A stretch of 64,000 nt of DNA from Macrostomum lignano (lineage: Eukaryota). The stretch is from assembly GCA_002269645.1 (NCBI GenBank), contig NIVC01000892.1, forward strand, positions 62,001 to 126,000, written 5' to 3'. The translations under genes and the position numbers were made by a program. Under the pieces are notes generated by a model, which was not told the origin of the DNA, made no database searches, and worked only from the letters and a program-made list of their open reading frames with translations. The number at the start of each line of letters is the position of its first letter. The stretch's first letter is position 1. Positions 60,301-64,000 of this stretch are shown one piece after another.

Positions 60301-62667
60301 CCTCGGCAGCGGCCAACTGTTTCGAAGTCTACCAGAGCTGCGTTCGACATTTCGACTGCCTCCAACGCTTCATCGCCCTGGCCCAGGCCTGCGAGTGGAT
60401 GTCCGGCGCCGGGTCCTGTCGCGACCGCGCCCTCTGCCTCGGCCAGCTCGAAGCCTTCTACGCCTACGCGGATCGGTTCGCCAACGACGCGGCCACCTGC
60501 GGCTGTCCGGCTGACGACTCCGATTGTCAGCAGATGTCCGACATTTTCCGGCCGCGCTGCGCCTACGAGCCGCCAAGTGGAACGCCTGTCGACTGCGTCC
60601 AGCTGGTGGAGTCTTGCCGAGCCAGTCGCAGCTGTCAGGCCAAGCTGGTTCACTACAGCCACGCCTGCGACGCCAGGAACAGAGCCGGCGAGTTGGCCGC
60701 CTGCACGCCGGATCAGCCGCTCAGGTGTCACCGAATGCGCCGACTGTTGCTAGGCAGCGAGCTCACCCAGCGGTGCAGCTGCGGCGGCGACAATGGCAGG
60801 AAATTGGCGAGCTCCAGACTGTGGCGTAGGCCGCTTTGCCTGGAGCTGCGGGCTCTCCTGACTGAGCCGATTTGCTTGCGTGAGTCACTCTATGAGCTGT
60901 CTGGTAATGAGTGAGTCACTCTATGAGCTGTCTGGTAATGAGTGAGTCACTCTATGAACTGTCTGAGAATGAGTGAGTCACTCTATGAGCTGTCTGAGAA
61001 TGAGTGAGTCACTCTATGAGCTGTCTGGTAATGAGTGAGTCACTCTATGAACTGTCTGAGAATGAGTGAGTCACTTTATGAGCTGTCTGGTAATGAGTGA
61101 GTCACTCTATGAGCTGTCTGGTAATGAGTGAGTCACTCTATGAGCTGTCTGGTAATGAGTGAGTCACTCTATGAACTGTCTGAGAATGAGTGAGTCACTC
61201 TATGAGCTGTCTGAGAATGAGTGAGTCACTCTATGAGCTGTCTGGTAATGAGTGAGTCACTCTATAAGCTGTCTGAGAATGAGTGAGTCACTCTATAAGC
61301 TGTCTGAGAATGGGTGAGTCGCTCTATGAGCTGTGTAAGAATGAGTGATTGGCTTTATGAGCTGTTTAATAAATAAGTGAGTTAGTCACTGTCAGTACCC
61401 GTAATAGGTGAATCACTATCATCACCTGTAAATGCGTGAATCACTGCATCATCACCTGTGAATGCATGAATCACTGCATCATCACCTGTGAATGTGTGAA
61501 TCACTGCATCATCACCTGTGAATGCATGAATCACTGCAGCATCACCTGTGAATGCATGAATCACTGCATCATCACCTGTGAATGCATGAATCACTGAATC
61601 ATCACCTGTGAATGCATGAATCACTGAATCATAACCTGTGAATGCATGAATCACTGCAGCATCACCTGTGAATGCATGAATCACTGCAGCATCACTTGTG
61701 AATGCATGAATCACTGCATCATAACCTGTAAATGCCTGAATCACTGCATCATCACCTGTGAATGCATGAACCACTCTATCATCACCTGGGAGTAATCATC
61801 ATCCCCTCCTTCCCTGCCTACTCCCCAGGCTCCGAGCTGCACCATCAGGTGTCGGGCGTCTCCGCCACAGACGCCTGCGGACTCGCCCGCCGTCACGGCT
61901 TCTCAACGAAATCGTCGCCTTTCCTTCGCCTTCCAATATCGAACGCGACTAACAGCGCTAACATAGGCTTCGTCAAAGGCTACTATCGACTATGTCGATG
62001 CGTCGACAGCAGCGGCACCGTCTGCCTGCCAGCTACAGTGGAATCCCGCGTCAACGACCACACAGAAGATGATCAACCCGTCAGAGCCCCCAAGCCGTCA
62101 GCCTCTGTCTCGCCGCCCGGCCTCTATCTGGGCCTCGGCTTCTCCCCATGGCAACCGTTGCCAAGCGGCGACAGCTCCGACTACGAATGGGCTCGGGCTA
62201 TCAGCCAGTTGCTAGGGAGAACCACAACACCTGAGGCGGCTAGCGATTGCCCGCTGGTTACCAAGGCCAGCGGCGATGACGGCGTGCTGCTGAGGCTGGA
62301 GCTGCCGGCTCTCTCGGCCATAGACAGCTCGGAACCGACCGACTCCGAGCTCAGAGAGCGCCGGTTGCACTTTTGTTTGCGCCAGCTGCGCCTAGTCGCT
62401 CTGCTGGTTGCTAGGCAACTGCCCGAGGTGAGGCTGGAGCCCCGCCTGGCCAAGCTTCGGTCCGCCCTCATCACCTACGTTAAGCCACCGCCGCCTCCGC
62501 CACCGCCGCCGTCGACGTCGCGCTTCGACCGAGGAGGTTTCGACTCGAGCAGACTCGGGCAGCGGGGAGGAACTGCGAGCGGAGGTGGCACAGTCAACGG
62601 CTGCGGCTTCTGCGTTGCCGTGGCAACTGTTCACCTGTTTGTGGTTGCTAGGGCAATGGTTGCTTAG
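36201..62667 (+). CDS. gfrl: GDNF family receptor alpha-like (Gfrl) protein: four GDNF/GAS1 domains, signal peptide and predicted GPI-anchor signal. Spliced CDS 36201-36350, 48781-48999, 57526-57936, 59350-59529, 60310-60879, 61829-62667 (about 790 aa plus the missing N-terminus)
   Basis: All junctions are GT-AG and phase 1, and the join is stop-free. Four domains each have the 10-Cys spacing C-C-C-C-C-C-CxC-C-C. The last two are linked as CGCPADDSDCQQMSDIFRPRCAYEPPSGTPVDCVQLVESC, paralleling vertebrate GFRa D2-D3 (CSC....C.......P.CSYE...PNCL.L..SC). The C-terminus GGGTVNGCGFCVAVATVHLFVVARAMVA* is hydrophobic. The 48999 donor (GTTTGC) is the weakest link. Confidence 0.85.
37190..37885. repeat. 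21-bp GC-rich minisatellite (TTGGGTGGGCGCCCCTGTCTC) with a 208-bp higher-order duplication
   Basis: Unit read directly; the variant pattern recurs at 37214, 37422 and 37630. Confidence 0.93.
38662..39028. repeat. 42-bp minisatellite related to the 8030 array (TTGGCTAGATTAGCAATCCRTTCTATTCCTTCATCCGTGATA), about 9 copies
   Basis: Shares GGCTAGATTAGCAATCCATTCTATTCCTTCAT with the 8030 array. Confidence 0.93.
39884..40360. repeat. 20-bp minisatellite (GGATTGAAAGTGGCACCTCC), about 23 copies
   Basis: Direct reading of the sequence. Confidence 0.95.
41155..41640. repeat. 134-bp higher-order repeat built from four ~33-bp TTTGATGGCAC-core subunits, about 3.5 copies
   Basis: AATGGCACTTTGATGGCAACG at 41161, 41295 and 41429. 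Confidence 0.9.
42130..43320. repeat. 18-bp minisatellite (AACTGACTAGATTACACA), about 65 copies
   Basis: Direct reading; this array is the source of the spurious LTRLHK and CNLVSL ORFs. Confidence 0.97.
43945..45630 (-). mobile_element. Second tRNA-derived SINE family, split in its A box by a hAT-like insertion
   Basis: Removing 44318-45604 and one TSD restores, on the minus strand, GGGACGTAGCCTAGTGGTCTGGCGCGGCGCTC...GGTCCAGGCTCGATTCC (A and B boxes). The body continues to an A-run near 43945; this 3' boundary is approximate. Confidence 0.7.
44318..45604. mobile_element. Non-autonomous hAT-like DNA transposon (1287 bp)
   Basis: Perfect 14-bp TIR TAGGGGTGTTCGGG / CCCGAACACCCCTA; perfect 8-bp TSD CCACTAGG at 44310-44317 and 45605-45612. 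Dense CCCCGAA subterminal repeats at both ends and an AT-rich interior with no transposase ORF. Confidence 0.92.
46101..46302 (+). mobile_element. 5'-truncated, internally deleted copy of the CORE-like SINE at 35817-36136 (opposite orientation)
   Basis: CTCACGACTGAGTCGGTCGGGG, GGTTCGATTCTCG and GTGGCGACCCC-CAGTCCTTGGACTGAACAGCCGTACGCAGCCTTCAGATGCGCCGCGCAATAGCTGCGGC match the reverse complement of the first copy. About 70 bp after GACACTT are missing. Confidence 0.88.
46795..47230. repeat. Degenerate GATCTA-rich tandem repeat (AGAGATCTAAGGATCTAGATATCTATGGATGT-like)
   Basis: Recurring GATCTAAG/GATCTAG motifs with a period of about 30 bp. Confidence 0.75.
48012..48465. repeat. 44-bp minisatellite, reverse-complement relative of the 42-bp family, about 10 copies
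   Basis: Unit CCAACATCACAGATGAAGGAATAGAATGGATTGCTAATCTATAG is the reverse complement of the family unit with a 2-bp insertion (CTATAGATTAG). Confidence 0.93.
48781..48999 (+). CDS. gfrl: Gfrl exon: second half of Cys domain 1
   Basis: CCATTCGCAG| then (L)GKCQLELPNELEICLEHLNNLHKMEPGLECFCPKSIEPPSELTRCMNVWEYLFNHPCK, completing the 10-Cys domain begun at 36201. The 3' end is less certain (phase-1 donor GTTTGC at 49000; phase-2 GTCTGC at 48971). Confidence 0.85.
49015..50175. repeat. ~1.15-kb compound (CCTA/CCTG)n tetranucleotide microsatellite
   Basis: Direct reading; it begins about 15 bp after the exon donor. Confidence 0.97.
50750..51630. repeat. 30-bp minisatellite (GTCACACTAGATTAGATGAGATGAGATAAG), degenerate at the 5' end
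   Basis: Direct reading; homogeneous from about 51090. Confidence 0.92.
52150..53200. repeat. 20-bp minisatellite (GAGACTAGAGTAGATAATGA) with a 59-bp three-unit higher-order period
   Basis: Over much of the array every third unit is the 19-bp variant GAGACTAAAGTAGAAATGA. Confidence 0.95.
53860..54890. repeat. Older, degenerate 20-bp minisatellite (GAGACTAGAGTAGATTCTGA), sister of the 52150 array
   Basis: Direct reading of the sequence. Confidence 0.92.
55127..55810. repeat. 22-bp minisatellite (GTTCCCCATGGCGCCTCTCTCT), about 31 copies
   Basis: Direct reading of the sequence. Confidence 0.96.
56285..56470. repeat. 49-bp AT-rich tandem repeat, about 4 copies
   Basis: AGTCAATAAT at 56341 and 56390. 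Confidence 0.85.
57526..57936 (+). CDS. gfrl: Gfrl exon: Ser-rich linker and Cys domain 2
   Basis: TTCTTTGTAG| ... SCLERRSRCFDNPTCAADARAFQDRCGFDDISKCPGQRAACLQSYEALRNHGLIPCTCLNYTRAERLQCDRIRRVYPGNVCL |GTGAGC; 411 bp, phase 1-1. Confidence 0.9.
57945..59318. repeat. 21-23-bp minisatellite (GAGGGCT[A/G]ATATAGACAC[AC]CT), about 60 copies, filling almost the whole intron
   Basis: Runs from 8 bp after the donor to about 30 bp before the acceptor. Confidence 0.96.
59350..59529 (+). CDS. gfrl: Gfrl exon: inter-domain linker
   Basis: GACGCCAG| then (R)FFNDAYNIGLLHPKSSKDPQQRIGASSPDDDRKSPDSEAVVKSSEGASVIHPSAFQLIK |GTAAGA; 180 bp, phase 1-1. Unique coding-like sequence between two arrays; the acceptor is weak. 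Confidence 0.7.
59780..60278. repeat. 30-bp minisatellite (ATCAGCATCTGTGAATGAGTGAATCACTTC), about 16 copies
   Basis: Direct reading of the sequence. Confidence 0.95.
60310..60879 (+). CDS. gfrl: Gfrl exon: tandem Cys domains 3 and 4 (equivalent to vertebrate GFRa D2-D3)
   Basis: CTCGGCAG| then ANCFEVYQSCVRHFDCLQRFIALAQACEWMSGAGSCRDRALC...CGC...C...RPRC, AYEPPSGTPV, DCVQLVESCRASRSCQAKLVHYSHAC...CSC...PLCLELRALLTEPICL |GTGAGT; 570 bp, phase 1-1. Confidence 0.92.
60880..61375. repeat. 31-bp minisatellite whose unit starts with the splice donor (GTGAGTCACTCTATGAGCTGTCTGGTAATGA), about 16 copies
   Basis: The first unit begins exactly at the GT of the donor (60880); the next begins at 60911. Confidence 0.95.
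61405..61790. repeat. 30-bp minisatellite (ATCACCTGTGAATGCATGAATCACTGCATC), about 13 copies
   Basis: Direct reading; it ends at the polypyrimidine tract of the last exon. Confidence 0.94.
61829..62667 (+). CDS. gfrl: Gfrl terminal exon with a Pro/Ser/Gly-rich stalk and GPI-signal-like hydrophobic tail
   Basis: CCTACTCCCCAG| then (R)SELHHQVSG...YYRLCRCVDSSGTVCLP...PPPPPPPPPS...GCGFCVAVATVHLFVVARAMVA*; in phase with the previous exon. Confidence 0.85.
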
Positions 62668-62885
62668 CAACAACCGGTTCTTACTTGGTTGCTAAGGCAA
62701 TAGTGGCTTAGCAACAACCGGTTCTTACTTGGTTGCTATGGCAATAGTGGCTTAGCAACAACCGGTTCTTACTTTGTTGCTATGGCAATGGTTGCTTAAC
62801 AACAACCGTTTCTTACTTTGTTGCTATGATAATGGTAACTTAGTAACAACCGGTTTTTACTTGGTTGCTATGGCAATTGTTGCTT
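62643..62885. repeat. 44-bp minisatellite (GGTTGCTA[G/A/T]GGCAATGGTTGCTTAGCAACAACCGGTTCTTACTT) overlapping the Gfrl stop codon, about 5.5 copies
   Basis: GGTTGCTA at 62643 and 62687. Confidence 0.92.
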
Positions 62886-62992
62886 AGCAACAACCTGCCT
62901 TTACTTTGTTTATATGTCAATAGCTAGTTGTTTTATCGTCACGTATTGTTGAAATTGTTGCCGCTGCGTGGAAACTTTATAAAAACAGACTC

Positions 62993-63006
62993 GTTGCTAT
63001 GGCAAC
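62993..63006. promoter_or_regulatory. Consensus RFX X-box palindrome GTTGCTATGGCAAC (candidate)
   Basis: Matches the X-box consensus GTTGCCATGGCAAC at 13/14; near-matches at 63037, 63086 and 63126. Motif match only, no functional evidence. Confidence 0.45.
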
Positions 63007-63949
63007 AATAGCTAAGCAACAACGAACACAATCGTCGTTGCTATGCCAACGGTTGCTCAAACAAAACAGTAAATTACAAGTAGCTGTTTCTATGGCAGCA
63101 GTTTGTATCTAGCAAGTACTTTTTTGTTGGTATAGCAACGGTGATCTCTATACAACAAATATGACTAGTGTAAGGTGCTACAGCATGTTTAGCTCGTTAA
63201 TCTCATGCATAATTAATTATTATAAGACGATAATTAGTTCGGAAAAAGTTTTGTTAAAAAGTAATGACTTTTTTTTAATGATACTGCTCTCCGATATGAT
63301 TGCTTCTAGCAATCAATTATTTCAGCGCTTCTGATTCCGAGCTAAGCGATTTTTTTTCAAAATTCTATTTTTTAATGTAGTCTCCACTGCTCCTAAAAGT
63401 ACAGTCGCTTTTCAATGATGAGTCATAGGGGAGGGGCGGCCGCAGTCTCCATCCGCTTGATCGAGTCTTTCAATCGCTTTGCACTTATGAAATCAGTTAA
63501 ACTTGCCTCCTTCACTTTCCAATGCAAACTGCTCTACAATGCAAAACAATAGCTGCTAATATTCTCATCAACTACTTTCAGCTTACCGCGTGAGTTTCTA
63601 CGCTATTTTTTTCTAAAAAGAAACCTGTCATTGACTCGAATGTTGTAATTTTTCATTTCTAAGAAAGCGTGCAATCATTAGTTTTGTTATTAATTTGCTC
63701 ATTGTTTGGCTAATCAAACTGTCTTATTTTTAGCTGTTTAAATGCGCCCATTATGCAATCAAGATTATCCTGTCACTTGAGTGTAAATTTTAAATTGAAG
63801 CAATCAAAACCCAGCTGAATAAAGTGTATTACAGCCTGCATTGCTAGCGTTTAGATGAGATTACTGCTCACTGTTAAATTGCTGCTTCTTACTTGACTTG
63901 CTTGCTAATGGAATCCTTCTTTTATTGGAGAAAATTTGACAGTCAGGGT

Positions 63950-64000
63950 CTAACAGGTGACACTGTCTAACAGGTGACACTATCGAACAGGTGACACACA
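63950..64000. repeat. Start of a 17-bp tandem repeat (AACAGGTGACACT core), cut off by the window edge
   Basis: Core at 63952, 63969 and 63986. Confidence 0.75.

Noticed and set aside
8030-61790. CRISPR-like arrays
   Set aside because: All arrays are head-to-tail repeats without unique spacers; there are no cas genes and the context is eukaryotic.

Overview
Eukaryotic (metazoan, intron-containing) genomic DNA. Gln/Ala/His-rich coding style and minisatellite-filled introns resemble a free-living flatworm such as Macrostomum; this is inference and was not searched. Two protein genes are well supported. (1) An intronless 1155-aa C2H2 zinc-finger factor of the ZFP91/ZNF692/ZNF653/ZNF276 type (4544..8011, +). 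(2) A GDNF-family-receptor-alpha-like (Gfrl) gene, invisible as a whole in the ORF track, which I rebuilt from six + strand exons (36201-36350, 48781-48999, 57526-57936, 59350-59529, 60310-60879, 61829-62667) joined by phase-1 GT-AG introns. It encodes a signal-peptide end, four 10-Cys GDNF/GAS1 domains and a hydrophobic GPI-signal-like tail; its first coding exon is unresolved. There is also an orphan poly-Q/His exon (15006-15469). Roughly a third of the window (about 20 kb by my estimate) is tandem minisatellite in about 30 arrays. Other mobile DNA: two decayed mariner transposases, three non-autonomous TIR elements with 8-bp target-site duplications (one nested in a SINE, one carrying a tandem array) and tRNA-derived SINEs, one with a CORE-like domain. 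The most unusual signals concern the arrays. They start or end at splice sites and stop codons. About ten share a CTAGA(T/G)TA core. Two consist largely of RFX X-box-like palindromes, and others of AP-1 and E-box motifs. No CRISPR, rRNA or intact tRNA gene was found.
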